A stretch of DNA of 64,000 nt, from the NCBI GenBank assembly GCA_963782055.1, contig CAWAIF010000003.1:6528001-6592000 (forward strand). Direction: 5' to 3'. Position 1 is the first letter of the stretch, and each line of letters begins with the position of its first letter. Origin of the DNA: an uncultured delta proteobacterium (GTDB lineage Bacteria > Myxococcota_A > Polyangia > Polyangiales > Polyangiaceae). The notes beneath the pieces were generated by a model that was not told the DNA's origin, searched no databases, and saw nothing but the letters and a program-made list of their open reading frames with translations. Shown piece after piece: positions 1 to 10,958 of the stretch. Made by a program: the position numbers and the translations under genes.

Positions 1-120
1 GCCGCCCGCCGGGAGCGCCACCCGCGGCGCGCGCTCCAGCAGCGCGGCGAGCCCCGCCTCCCCGAGCGACGCCCGCTCGGCGGCGTAGAAGCGCCTCCAC
101 TCGGCGGCGCTCATCGTCAT
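1..120 (-). CDS. Hypothetical protein, 5' part only (runs off window start)
   Basis: ATG at 120 just after the stop of the upstream minus-strand gene; reads MTMSAAEWRRFYAAERASLGEAGLAALLERAPRV with GC3-rich codons. Confidence 0.6.
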   Translation of the reverse strand, partial: MTMSAAEWRRFYAAERASLGEAGLAALLERAPRVALPAGG

Positions 121-123
121 CGG

Positions 124-384
124 TCAGGACGTCGCCTTCTGGACCGCCTTCACCAGGTCGTCGCAGCACGAGTCGTAGCGAAGGTCCGCGTCGCCCGAGG
201 CGCCGACAGCCACACGCACCTCCGTAGGGCCCTTCCCGTGCTTCGGACACTTCACACCCTCGAGCTTCTGCCCGAGGTCGCGCCCCAGCTTCTGCAGCGC
301 GGCGGCCACGCCCTTGTCGGGCACCTCAGCCGCGGGGACGTCACCGCGACCGCGAATCCACATCGTGACCTTCACCGGCAGCAC
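124..384 (-). CDS. Small hypothetical protein with CPKH and CC motifs
   Basis: C-terminal part of ORF 124..861 has typical codon bias; GTG start at 384 preceded by TATCCT 6 nt upstream. Confidence 0.65.
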   Translation of the reverse strand: MLPVKVTMWIRGRGDVPAAEVPDKGVAAALQKLGRDLGQKLEGVKCPKHGKGPTEVRVAVGASGDADLRYDSCCDDLVKAVQKATS

Positions 385-474
385 CCCGCGAGGATACCCG
401 AGGTCGACGCCGCCGGGCGAGCCTCCTTCCGGAATCGCGGGCGCGCGGCGTGTGCCGTTATACACTGCTCCCCG

Positions 475-3400
475 ATGCACGCGGGCCAGCTCGTCGCCGA
501 ACGCTTCGAGGTCGTCGAGCTCGCGGGGTCCGGTGGCATGGGGAGCGTGTACCGCGCCCGCGATCGCCTCACCGGCGCGCCCGTCGCGCTGAAGGTGCTC
601 CACACCCCCGACCCCGCCGAGGCCGCGCGGCTCATGCGGGAGGCCAAGGTCCTCGCGTCCTCGCAGCACCCGCGCATCGTCCGCTACGTGGCGCACGGCA
701 CGTCGGACGGGCAGCCGTACCTCGCCATGGAGTGGCTGGAGGGCGAGACGCTGGAGAGCCGCCTCGTGCACGGTCGCTCTCTCACCGTCGCCCAGACCCT
801 GACCCTCGGCCGCCGCCTGGCCGACGCGCTCGCCTTCCTGCACGAACGCCGCATCGTCCACCGCGACATCAAGCCGTCCAACATCATCCTGACCCGCGGC
901 GACATCGGCTCCGCCAAGCTCCTCGATCTCGGCATCGCGCGCGTCCCCACCAGCACGCGCCCCACCACCCGCACCGGCACCACCGTCGGCACCCCGGGGT
1001 ACATGCCTCCGGAGCAGGCGCGCGGCCTGTCCACCCTCGACGCCCGCGCCGACGTCTTCTCCCTCGGCTGCGTGCTGTACGAGTGCGTCACCGGCCGCGT
1101 CGCTTTCTTCGGCGACAACATCATGGCGGTGCTGGCGAAGATCCTCATGGGCGACTCACCCCGCGCGAGCGAGGCCCTCGCCGACATCCCGCCGGAGCTC
1201 GACGACCTGCTCTTTTGCATGATGACCAAGTCGCCCGACGCCCGGCCGAAGGACGGCGCGGAGGTGCTCGCCGCGCTGTCCTCCATCGCCGTCGAGCACG
1301 CGCCCCCCAGCCGCGCCGTCCCGGGCCCGCGCTCCCTCACCACGGGCGAGCGCCGCCTGGTGTGCGTCATCATGGCGCGACCCACCGGCGACACCATCGA
1401 CGTGTCGAGCGCACCCACCGTCGCGGCCGCCGCCTCCGGCGCCGGCGTGGGCGATCGCCTCCTCGCCGCCGTCGCCCCCTTCGGCGCGAAGCTGGAGTAC
1501 CTCGCCACCGGCCTGCTCGTCGTCACCCTGGCCGACCGCGTCGGCGCGTCCGTCCTCGTCTCGCGGGCCGCGCACTGCGCCCTCGCGCTCGCCCGCGAGC
1601 TGCCCGAGCACCGCGTCGCGCTCACCACCGGCTTCGGCGAGCTCTCCGGGCGCATGGCGATGGGCGACGCCATCGACCGCGCCGCGCGCCTCGTCTCCGG
1701 CAAGGACGCCGACACCGACGTCGTCTCCTGGCACTCCCGCGCGAGCGAGCGCGTCCTGCCGGAGATCGATCTCTCCAGGAGCGCCTCCCTCCCCATCGCG
1801 CCGAGCGCCGACATCCGCCTGGACGACACGACGGCCGGCTTGCTCGGCGCCACCTTCGACATCGGCGGCGACGACGCCGGCCTCTTCCTGCGCGGCACCC
1901 TCTCGCGCGAGGCCCGGCGCACCCTGCTCGGCAAGCCGTCCCCCTTCGTCGGGCGCGAGCGCGAGCTCGCCACGCTCACCGGCCTCTTCGCCGATAGCCG
2001 CGAGGAGCGCGTCGCCCGCACCGCCCTCGTCACCGCGCCGCCCGGCGTCGGAAAGTCGCGCCTTCGCCGCGAGACGCTCCAGGCCATCGCGGCGGCGGAC
2101 GAGACGGCGGAGGTCTGGCTCGCGCGCGGCGACCCCCTCAGCCAGGGCGCGCCCTTCCAGCTCCTCGGGCAGGCCGTGCGGGCGGCGGCGGGCATCCGCG
2201 ACGCCGAGCCGCTCGTCGTTCGTCGCAAGAAGCTCGCCGCGCGCGTGGCGCGTCACCTCCCCCGCGAGGCGGCCGCCCGGCTCACGCGCTTCCTCGGTGA
2301 GCTCGCCGGCGTCCCCTTCGAAGCGCAGGGCGACGCCGGTGCGCGCGCCGCGCAGAGCGACCTGCTCCTCATGGGCGACCGCATGCGCTCCGCGTTCGTG
2401 GAGTGGATGGAGGCGGAGTGCCGGGCGCACCCGGTCGTCCTCGTTTTGGAGGACCTGCAGTGGGGTGATCTCCCCTCCGTCCACTTCGTCGATCTCGCGC
2501 TCCGCACGCTCGACGCGGCGCCGCTGCTCGTGCTCGCCTTCGCGCGGCCCGAGGTGCGCGAGAGCTTCCCCGACCTCTGGTCGGAGCGCGGCCTGCTGGA
2601 GCTGCGGCTGGCCGCGCTCGGCAAGCGCGCCAGCGAGAAGCTCGTCCGCGCGATGCTCGGCGACGGCGTGGAGGACGCCCGAGTGGGGCGCCTGGTGGAG
2701 CACGCCTCCGGCAACGCCTTCTACCTCGAGGAGCTGGTGCGCGCGGAGGCGGAGGGCCGCGACGACCTACCGGAGACGGTGCTCGCCATGATCCACGCCC
2801 GGCTCGAGCGCCTCGACCCGGAGACCCGCCGCGTGCTCCGCGCGGGCTCCGTCTTCGGGGCCGCGTTCACCGAGGAGGGCGCGGCCGCCCTGCTCGGCGA
2901 GGAGGCCGACACCGCCGAGGCCATCGACGAGCTCGCCCGCGCGGAGCTGGTCGGCCGCCGCGGCGTTGACGTCGTCTTCCGCCACGCGTCGGTGCACGAC
3001 GCGGCGTACGCGACCCTCACCACCGAGGATCGCGTGACCGGGCATCGCCTGGCGGCCGCGTGGCTGGAGCGGCGAGGCGACGCGGACGCGGCGCTGCTCG
3101 CCGAGCACTTCGAGCGCGGTGAGGAGCCGGCGCGCGCGGCGTCGGGCTACCTGCAGGCGGCGGCGCAGGCTCTCGAGGGCAACGACTGGGCGGCGACCGT
3201 CGCGCGGGCCGACCGCGCGATCGCGTGTGGCACCTCCGGCGACGCCCTCTCCCGCGCGCACGCCCTCGCGTGCGAGGCCCTGCTCTGGCGCGGCGAGCCC
3301 ACCGCGGCTGGGGCCCGCGGCCGCGCCGCCCTCGAGGCCGCGGGCCCCGGCGGTGACGCCTGGTTCACCGCCGCCGGCCTGCTCGCGCTCGCCAGCTACC

Positions 3401-4392
3401 GCGAGAGTGACGTCGCCGCCGTACGCCGCGTGGCCGAGGCGGTGCGCGACGCGCCCGCGGGCGACGTCACCCTGTTCCGCATGGTCGGCACGGCGCGCGT
3501 CGCCTCGCGCGCCCTCGGCACGGGCGCCGTCGAGCTGGGCGACGCGCTGCTGGCGAGCATCGAGCCCCACGCCGCGAGCGAGCCCGTGGTCGCCGCGTGG
3601 GTACACAGCGCGCGCGCAATGCGCGGCGCCTGGCTCGCCGACGTCGAGGCGGAGGTCGACGAGCTCGTGCGCGCCATCGCCCGGTTCGAGGAGGTCGGCG
3701 ACCTTCGCAACGCCTGCATCTGCCGCATCAACGCGAGCGTGCCCCTGTCCCTCGTCGACTTCGCCGAGTCGGAGCGCATGCTGCGGGGCGCCCTGCAGAT
3801 CGCCGAGCACCTCGGCCTGCAAGGGGCCGCGCTCTCCGCGCGGCAGAACCTCGGCGTCGCCGTCGCGCGGCAGTTCCGCGTCGAGGAGGCGCTCGAGCAC
3901 CTGCGGGCGGCGGCGACGGGCTTCCGCGCGCGCGGCGACACGGCGAACGAGGGCGCCTCCCTCGTCTACCTCGGCGTCATCGGGCGCCGCGCGGACCTGC
4001 AGGAGGCAGAGCGTGCCGTCCGCGCCGGCGTCGAAGCGCTCGGCGATCGCGACAGCCTGCTCGCGGCGGGCCTCGGAGGCCTCGCGCGCGTCCTGCTCGA
4101 TCGGGGGGACGTCGCCGGCGCCCTGCAAGCCGCCCGGCGCGCCGCCGACCTCGCCGCCCGCGCGGGCGGGATCCCCGAAGGCGACAACATCGTGCGGGTC
4201 GCCCTCGCCGAGGCGCTGTGGGCGGCGGGCGAGCGCGAGGAGGCGCGCCGGGTCGTCGAGGAAGCGCGCGACTGCATCCTCTCGCGCGCGGCCACCCTCC
4301 GGCGCGAAGCGTGGAAGCGCACCTTCCTGGAGGGCGTCCGTGAACACGCGGACGTCCTCGCCGACGCGCGCGCGTGGCTGGAAGAGGAGTAG
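475..4392 (+). CDS. Ser/Thr protein kinase fused to AAA_16-type P-loop ATPase and helical repeat region
   Basis: GSGGMG, VALK, HRDIKPSN, DLG, GTPGYMPPEQ kinase motifs; FVGRERE, Walker A APPGVGKS, Walker B LVLEDLQW, GNAFYLEEL; ATG at 475. Confidence 0.9.
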   Translation: MHAGQLVAERFEVVELAGSGGMGSVYRARDRLTGAPVALKVLHTPDPAEAARLMREAKVLASSQHPRIVRYVAHGTSDGQPYLAMEWLEGETLESRLVHGRSLTVAQTLTLGRRLADALAFLHERRIVHRDIKPSNIILTRGDIGSAKLLDLGIARVPTSTRPTTRTGTTVGTPGYMPPEQARGLSTLDARADVFSLGCVLYECVTGRVAFFGDNIMAVLAKILMGDSPRASEALADIPPELDDLLFCMMTKSPDARPKDGAEVLAALSSIAVEHAPPSRAVPGPRSLTTGERRLVCVIMARPTGDTIDVSSAPTVAAAASGAGVGDRLLAAVAPFGAKLEYLATGLLVVTLADRVGASVLVSRAAHCALALARELPEHRVALTTGFGELSGRMAMGDAIDRAARLVSGKDADTDVVSWHSRASERVLPEIDLSRSASLPIAPSADIRLDDTTAGLLGATFDIGGDDAGLFLRGTLSREARRTLLGKPSPFVGRERELATLTGLFADSREERVARTALVTAPPGVGKSRLRRETLQAIAAADETAEVWLARGDPLSQGAPFQLLGQAVRAAAGIRDAEPLVVRRKKLAARVARHLPREAAARLTRFLGELAGVPFEAQGDAGARAAQSDLLLMGDRMRSAFVEWMEAECRAHPVVLVLEDLQWGDLPSVHFVDLALRTLDAAPLLVLAFARPEVRESFPDLWSERGLLELRLAALGKRASEKLVRAMLGDGVEDARVGRLVEHASGNAFYLEELVRAEAEGRDDLPETVLAMIHARLERLDPETRRVLRAGSVFGAAFTEEGAAALLGEEADTAEAIDELARAELVGRRGVDVVFRHASVHDAAYATLTTEDRVTGHRLAAAWLERRGDADAALLAEHFERGEEPARAASGYLQAAAQALEGNDWAATVARADRAIACGTSGDALSRAHALACEALLWRGEPTAAGARGRAALEAAGPGGDAWFTAAGLLALASYRESDVAAVRRVAEAVRDAPAGDVTLFRMVGTARVASRALGTGAVELGDALLASIEPHAASEPVVAAWVHSARAMRGAWLADVEAEVDELVRAIARFEEVGDLRNACICRINASVPLSLVDFAESERMLRGALQIAEHLGLQGAALSARQNLGVAVARQFRVEEALEHLRAAATGFRARGDTANEGASLVYLGVIGRRADLQEAERAVRAGVEALGDRDSLLAAGLGGLARVLLDRGDVAGALQAARRAADLAARAGGIPEGDNIVRVALAEALWAAGEREEARRVVEEARDCILSRAATLRREAWKRTFLEGVREHADVLADARAWLEEE

Positions 4393-4407
4393 CCGGGTCG
4401 GGGCGCG

Positions 4408-4836
4408 CTACACCGGGACGGGGCCTCCGAAGAGGCCGCCCATCCGCAGGAGCCACAGGACCACCATCGCCGCGAAGAGGCTCAGCGCGCCGATCGCCGC
4501 CGCCCGCCCGAAGCGCGTGCGCCAGAGCTCCCACGGGACGCCCGTGAGAAGTGTCGTGCGCGTGGCGGCGAGCGCGACCAGCGCGTACGCGAGGATCGCC
4601 GGCACCGCGAGCGGGTGCATGTGGAGTGATCCGGAGACGTCCCCGTGGAGCAGCATCCACGTGGCCCGCGTCATTCCGCACCCGGGGCAGGGGCGGTGCA
4701 GCACCCGCGCGAAGGAGCACGTCTGCTCACCCGTGAGCGTGGCGATCGGCGAGAGCCCGAACACTCCCAGCACCGCGAGGGCGCGTAGCCACCGCGGGAA
4801 GCTTCGTGATGACGGCGACGTAGCTCTGATTTCCAC
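4408..4836 (-). CDS. DUF2752-family membrane protein
   Basis: PCPGCGMTRA signature followed by hydrophobic helices; start codon uncertain. Confidence 0.8.
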   Translation of the reverse strand: MEIRATSPSSRSFPRWLRALAVLGVFGLSPIATLTGEQTCSFARVLHRPCPGCGMTRATWMLLHGDVSGSLHMHPLAVPAILAYALVALAATRTTLLTGVPWELWRTRFGRAAAIGALSLFAAMVVLWLLRMGGLFGGPVPV

Positions 4837-4858
4837 TTGACCGTGACAATCTGCAAGG

Positions 4859-5422
4859 ATGGATGACACGATGCAACCCATGCTCCAGACGCAGACCGAA
4901 GCGCGCCCCGAAGCCTGGGCTCCGTCGACGTGCCCTTCGGCCGGTCGGCCCACGCGAAACGCGGGACCTCAGGGGTACGGGCCGCCCGGCGGCTACGGCC
5001 CCCCTCCCGGCGGCGGCGGCTACGGCCCCCCTCCGGGCGGCGGCTTCGGTGCGCCCCCGCCAGGCTACGGCGCCCCGCCCGGCGGCCCCCCTCCCGGCGG
5101 CTTCGGCGGCCCGCCGATGGGCCCGCCCGGCATGCCCGGCATGTTCCCCGGCCAGCGCAACAGCGGCCTCGCCATCGCCTCGATGGTGTGCGGCATCCTG
5201 GCCATCGTGCCGGGCTGCTGCTGCGGCCTGTTCGGCCTGCCGCTGTCGATCGCCGCGCTCGTGATGGGCGGCATCGCCATGTCGCAGATCAAGAACTCTG
5301 CCGGCCAGCTCAAGGGCGGCGGCTTCGCCATCGCCGGCCTCTCGTGCGGCGGCGTCGCCATCGCGCTGGACATCGCCGCGGTCTTCTTGAACGTGGCCCA
5401 GCAGGTCTCCAACAGCGTCTGA
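4859..5422 (+). CDS. DUF4190-like membrane protein with Gly/Pro-rich N-terminus
   Basis: GYGPPPGG repeats, then SGLAIASMVCGIL...G..A..QIK...GGGFAIAGL; start uncertain. Confidence 0.8.
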   Translation: MDDTMQPMLQTQTEARPEAWAPSTCPSAGRPTRNAGPQGYGPPGGYGPPPGGGGYGPPPGGGFGAPPPGYGAPPGGPPPGGFGGPPMGPPGMPGMFPGQRNSGLAIASMVCGILAIVPGCCCGLFGLPLSIAALVMGGIAMSQIKNSAGQLKGGGFAIAGLSCGGVAIALDIAAVFLNVAQQVSNSV

Positions 5423-5426
5423 CTCG

Positions 5427-5448
5427 TGTCTTCGCCCTTCGGGCGAGA
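5427..5448. terminator. Short hairpin between convergent genes (possible terminator)
   Basis: tcgccc-ttc-gggcga stem extended by gtc/gac; no long U-tract. Confidence 0.35.
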
Positions 5449-5451
5449 CGA

Positions 5452-7125
5452 TCACTCGGCCATCAGAGCGCGTGCGTCGTCCGGGCCGAGATCGTCCTCG
5501 ATGAGATCCACCCCGGCGCGCGCGAAGATGCGCGCGGCGGCGGCGAAGCGCGCGTCCTTCTGCGTCTGTAGCGCCCACTGCGCGTGGTCGACCATGAGCG
5601 CGAGCTGCAGCGCGCGCCCCAGCGTCATCGCGAAGCGGCGCGCCCCCTGCTCCACCGCCGCGGGGCTCTCCGCCATCGCCTTGCCGAGCCACGCCTTGGC
5701 GTGTCGCAGCGCCGCGCGCGCGGCCTCGCCCGCCTCCCGGAGCGAGGCGTCGCGTGCATTCTGCACGCATTGCTCCACCTCCGCCTCCAGCGGCGCGAGC
5801 GAGCCCCCGCGCGAGAGCGCGCGCAGCACGTCGAGCGACAGCACGTTGGTCGTCCCTTCCCAGATGGGGAGCACCTGCGCCTCGCGCAACAGGCGCGGCA
5901 GCCCGGTGTCCTCCACGTAACCCGCCCCCCCGAAGGACTCGAGCACCTCGCTCGCCACCGCCACGCCCTGCTTGCCGGTCACCAGCTTCGCCAGCGGCAC
6001 GACCAGCCGCAGCAGCGCCATGTCCTCGTCCGTCGCCGCCTTCGCCTCCTCGCGGCCGATGAGCTCCACCGCGCGGAACGCCAGGAAGAAGGCAGCCTCG
6101 TACTCCGCTTCCGACCACGCCAGGGTGTCGAAGTGCAGCGGCTTGTCGGCGAGCGGCGCGCCGAAGGCCACGCGCTTCTGCGCGTAGTCGCGCGCCAGTG
6201 TCAGGCCGCGCCGCATCCCGGCGGCGGCGCACACCGCGTTCCACGTCCGCGTCGTCGCCAGCATGGGCGTGATGTTCTTGATGCCGTCTGTCGTGCCGGC
6301 GACGGCGGTGGCGAGCGCGCCGTCCATCGTGAGCTCCGCCGTCGGCACCATCCGCGTGCCCAGCTTGTCCTTGAGGCGATTGACCTGCAGGCCGTTCATC
6401 ATGCCGTCCGCCTGCCTCGTCTCCAGGTAAAAGAGCGCCAGACCCTTGCCGCCCGGCGGGTTGCCCTCCGGCCGCGCCAGCGTGAGCGCCATCTGCGAGG
6501 TCGTGGCCGAGGTGAACCACTTGGTGCCGTACAGCTTGTAGCGGTCGCCGCCCTCCGCCTTCGCGACCGTCTCCGAGATGGCCACGTCGGAGCCGCCGGT
6601 GCGCTCGGTCATCCACTGCCCGCTCGTCCACGCCTGCTCCGGGTCGCGCGACGTCAGCCGCGGGACGGCGTGGTCGATGAGCGCCTTGTTGCCCATGGCG
6701 CGCAGCGTGCGCGCCGCGCCGTCGGTCATCGCCAGCGGGCACGAGTAGACGTGCCACGACGGGTCGATCACGTACACCAGCGCGAACTGGTGCACGCGCG
6801 AGTGCTCGCCGTGCTTGCGCTCGTACGCCGCGGCGACCACGCCCTTCTCGGCGGCGATGCGCGCCGCCTCTTCCCAGAGCGGCGAGACCTCGATGCGGTC
6901 CACCCGCCGCCCCCAGGGGTCCCACTGCACCAGCTTGGGTTCGTCGCGCACCTCTTCCACCGAGCGACGGTAGAGCCGCCCCCCGGCGAGCTCCCCCAGC
7001 TCGCGCAGCTCGCCCTCGATGTCGGAGAGCACCTCCGGCGGTAGCCGGCGCTTCAGGTAGCTCTTGAGGACACGGTCGGAGTCGTACTGGTTACCGAGCT
7101 CGGGCGGGGTCTGGTAGAAGGCCAT
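5452..7125 (-). CDS. Acyl-CoA dehydrogenase family protein (AidB-like subgroup)
   Basis: CPLAMTDGA, GQWMTERTGGSDV, GTKWFTSA, RLKDKLGTR, GGAGYVED, IWEGTTNV motifs. Confidence 0.9.
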   Translation of the reverse strand: MAFYQTPPELGNQYDSDRVLKSYLKRRLPPEVLSDIEGELRELGELAGGRLYRRSVEEVRDEPKLVQWDPWGRRVDRIEVSPLWEEAARIAAEKGVVAAAYERKHGEHSRVHQFALVYVIDPSWHVYSCPLAMTDGAARTLRAMGNKALIDHAVPRLTSRDPEQAWTSGQWMTERTGGSDVAISETVAKAEGGDRYKLYGTKWFTSATTSQMALTLARPEGNPPGGKGLALFYLETRQADGMMNGLQVNRLKDKLGTRMVPTAELTMDGALATAVAGTTDGIKNITPMLATTRTWNAVCAAAGMRRGLTLARDYAQKRVAFGAPLADKPLHFDTLAWSEAEYEAAFFLAFRAVELIGREEAKAATDEDMALLRLVVPLAKLVTGKQGVAVASEVLESFGGAGYVEDTGLPRLLREAQVLPIWEGTTNVLSLDVLRALSRGGSLAPLEAEVEQCVQNARDASLREAGEAARAALRHAKAWLGKAMAESPAAVEQGARRFAMTLGRALQLALMVDHAQWALQTQKDARFAAAARIFARAGVDLIEDDLGPDDARALMAE

Positions 7126-7255
7126 GCCCGGGAGCCTAGCGCATCGAGCCCGCAGATCGATTGCCCTCCGTCAACGGCGGCCCCGGCGTCGGACTGTTGG
7201 CACGCGCACCCTAAGGCGCCGGCCCAGCGAGCCGCGGGGGAGCATCCGCCCCGGC

Positions 7256-7870
7256 TCAGCCCGCGGACCACATCTTGTCGGTCTGGCCCATGTGGAAGAA
7301 CCCCGACAGCGCGCGGCGCATCTCCGACCACCGGCGCGTGCGCACGTACCGGCGCTCCAGCCCGCGCACGAACCTGTGGGCCGCGCGGTTCGCCACGCGG
7401 TAGCGCTGCCCCAGGTCGGAGCCCTCCTCGTGCACGAAGCGCACGTGCTCGTAGAGGCGCTCGCGCAGCCTCCGGCTCCTCGGCTCGTCCAGGTCGTCGA
7501 GCTGCGCGGCGAGCACCACGTACTTGTCCACCTCCGCCTGCAGCTCCATCTCCAGCGCGGTGGTGGCGCGGTCCGCCGAAGCGCGGTGCGCCAGGTACAC
7601 GAAGTGGCTCACCCCCTCGATCACCTGGCACAGGACGTCGAAGCCCCGGTGCTCCACCTGCGGCAGCCGCAACCCCATCTCCAGCGTGCCGTCCTCCGAC
7701 TCGCGCACGAAGAGCGTCTCGCGCTCGCCCTCCTCCGCCGGGAGCACGAACGCCTCCACGTCGGCGACGCGGTCGAGACGGTAGGCGCGCTCCAGCAGCC
7801 GCTGCACACTCGCCGCGAGGGCACGCTCCCGGACCAGCGGTGCGCCATTGCCCTCCAGCAGGCTCGTCAC
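7256..7870 (-). CDS. Hypothetical protein with IEGVSHF motif (possible zincin-like)
   Basis: Good codon bias; 4-bp ATGA overlap with upstream gene; EGVSH...LEMELQAEVDKY. Confidence 0.75.
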   Translation of the reverse strand: MTSLLEGNGAPLVRERALAASVQRLLERAYRLDRVADVEAFVLPAEEGERETLFVRESEDGTLEMGLRLPQVEHRGFDVLCQVIEGVSHFVYLAHRASADRATTALEMELQAEVDKYVVLAAQLDDLDEPRSRRLRERLYEHVRFVHEEGSDLGQRYRVANRAAHRFVRGLERRYVRTRRWSEMRRALSGFFHMGQTDKMWSAG

Positions 7871-8493
7871 TGTACTCCCCGGACCGGGCGCGTGGGGATG
7901 AGGCCGTGCTCGGTGAGCGACACCGCCAGCCGGTCGCTGCCCGTCTTGAGCCAGCGCTCGTAGACACGCAGCAGCCCCTGCGAGCCGGCGGCGCCGCCTG
8001 CCAGCGTCACGTCGGCGATCTCCCGGAGCACCGACACGAACGCCTCGAAGCGCTCCGCCAGCTCGGCGAACAGGTCGATGCTCTGCGCCTGCTGCTCGAG
8101 GGAGGTCGTCGACGACGAGGTGCGCAGCATCGCGCTGGCGGTTCCGTACGCCCGCGTCCCGATACCCAGCACGTAGCGGCGGTCGATCCCGCGGGCATCG
8201 AAGTGGTCGCCGAAGAAGCCCGTCGCGTACAGGACCGTGTCGCCCAGCACGCGCAGCCGCTCGAACCGGTCGGCCGGCTCGGGGGTCGTCAGCGCGGCCT
8301 CGAGCTGCAGGGTGAGGGGCTGGTGCAGGGCCTCGTCCTGCTCCTTCTGCGGCCGCGTGTAGTCGGCCAGCAGCTCCACCAAATACGAGGTCGCGACGAT
8401 CGAGGCCTCCAGCTGCCGCGCCCGCAGGGCGTCGCCCACCATCTCGTCGAAGAAGCCCCGGACCGATCCCGTCGCGACGATGCCTGCCGTCAT
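7867..8493 (-). CDS. Conserved-looking helical hypothetical protein
   Basis: Good codon bias; LGD..L..TGFFGD...YY/YV..G..AY pattern; operonic with 7256..7870. Confidence 0.75.
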   Translation of the reverse strand: MTAGIVATGSVRGFFDEMVGDALRARQLEASIVATSYLVELLADYTRPQKEQDEALHQPLTLQLEAALTTPEPADRFERLRVLGDTVLYATGFFGDHFDARGIDRRYVLGIGTRAYGTASAMLRTSSSTTSLEQQAQSIDLFAELAERFEAFVSVLREIADVTLAGGAAGSQGLLRVYERWLKTGSDRLAVSLTEHGLIPTRPVRGVQ

Positions 8494-8593
8494 GGCGTCT
8501 GTCCGATCGCTCGCATGCTGACGATCATTTTACGCCCGCCGAAATAGAGCGGCAATTTCAGGCACTTGGAGATGGCGAGCCGGCGCCCCCGCG

Positions 8594-8620
8594 CTGGCAC
8601 TCCCCCCGGACCCCTGCCAA
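8594..8620. promoter_or_regulatory. Degenerate second CIRCE-like element
   Basis: CTGGCACTC-N9-CCCTGCCAA; left arm good, right arm partial versus TTAGCACTC-N9-GAGTGCTAA. Confidence 0.45.
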
Positions 8621-8679
8621 TCCGCTCAGTGCTGCGAAAGTGACGAGATTTCCACAGGTTGGAAACGACGCGCTGCCCC

Positions 8680-8707
8680 TTGACGTCACGGCGTGGCCGC
8701 TTATCTT
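8680..8707 (+). promoter_or_regulatory. Putative groESL promoter
   Basis: TTGACG-N16-TATCTT immediately upstream of the CIRCE box. Confidence 0.5.
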
Positions 8708-8719
8708 CCCCGCGCGCTG

Positions 8720-8746
8720 CTAGCACTCTCCCCTGGTGAGTGCCAA
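8720..8746. promoter_or_regulatory. CIRCE element (HrcA operator)
   Basis: CTAGCACTC-tcccctggt-GAGTGCCAA, near-consensus, upstream of groES. Confidence 0.92.
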
Positions 8747-8876
8747 GAATCGACCTGCGGTCGAGCCGCAGCGCCCTCGACGCTGCTTCGGCGGGGTCGG
8801 TGTCGTCACTTCGAGCCGCCCACGGGCGGCTCGGCTCCGCCACCCGGCGCGAGCCCAAACGAGAAGGAGAGCAACC

Positions 8877-9170
8877 ATGGCCAACATTCGCCCGCTTCAG
8901 GACCGGGTCATCGTCAAGCGCATCAAGGAAGAGGAAAAGACCAAGGGCGGGATCATCATCCCCGACTCGGCCAAGGAGAAGCCGGTCGAGGGCGAGGTGC
9001 TCGCGGTCGGCAACGGCAAGGTCAACGAGGACGGCTCCGTCCGCAAGCTGGACGTGAAGGTCGGCGACCGCGTGCTCTTCGGCAAGTACAGCGGCACCGA
9101 GGTGAAGATCGACGGCGAAGAGCGCCTGATCCTGCGCGAGGACGACATCCTCGGCGTGCTCGAGAAGTGA
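8877..9170 (+). CDS. groES: Co-chaperonin GroES
   Basis: [10 protein letters not shown]...[15 protein letters not shown]...[23 protein letters not shown] upstream. Confidence 0.98.
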   Translation: MANIRPLQDRVIVKRIKEEEKTKGGIIIPDSAKEKPVEGEVLAVGNGKVNEDGSVRKLDVKVGDRVLFGKYSGTEVKIDGEERLILREDDILGVLEK

Positions 9171-9189
9171 CCGGAACCCCAAGGACTAG

Positions 9190-10824
<1,635 letters not shown>

Positions 10825-10844
10825 TCGCCGCTCCCGCACGGAAG

Positions 10845-10889
10845 GAGGCCCTCGGGTTCGCAAGGACCCGGGGGCCTCGTCTTTTTGTT
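10845..10889 (+). terminator. Rho-independent terminator of groESL
   Basis: gaggccctcgggttc-GCAA-ggacccgggggcctc stem-loop followed by gtctttttgtt. Confidence 0.85.
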
Positions 10890-10958
10890 CGCGGGAGGGG
10901 CGCAGCATGCGCGTGCTAACGGTCCGAGCGCGGCCCGATTTCGTGCGACGCTGCGCGC

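Noticed and set aside
4970..5150. GGC/CCC-rich tandem repeats
   Set aside because: Encode the ordinary Gly/Pro-rich N-terminus of a DUF4190-like protein
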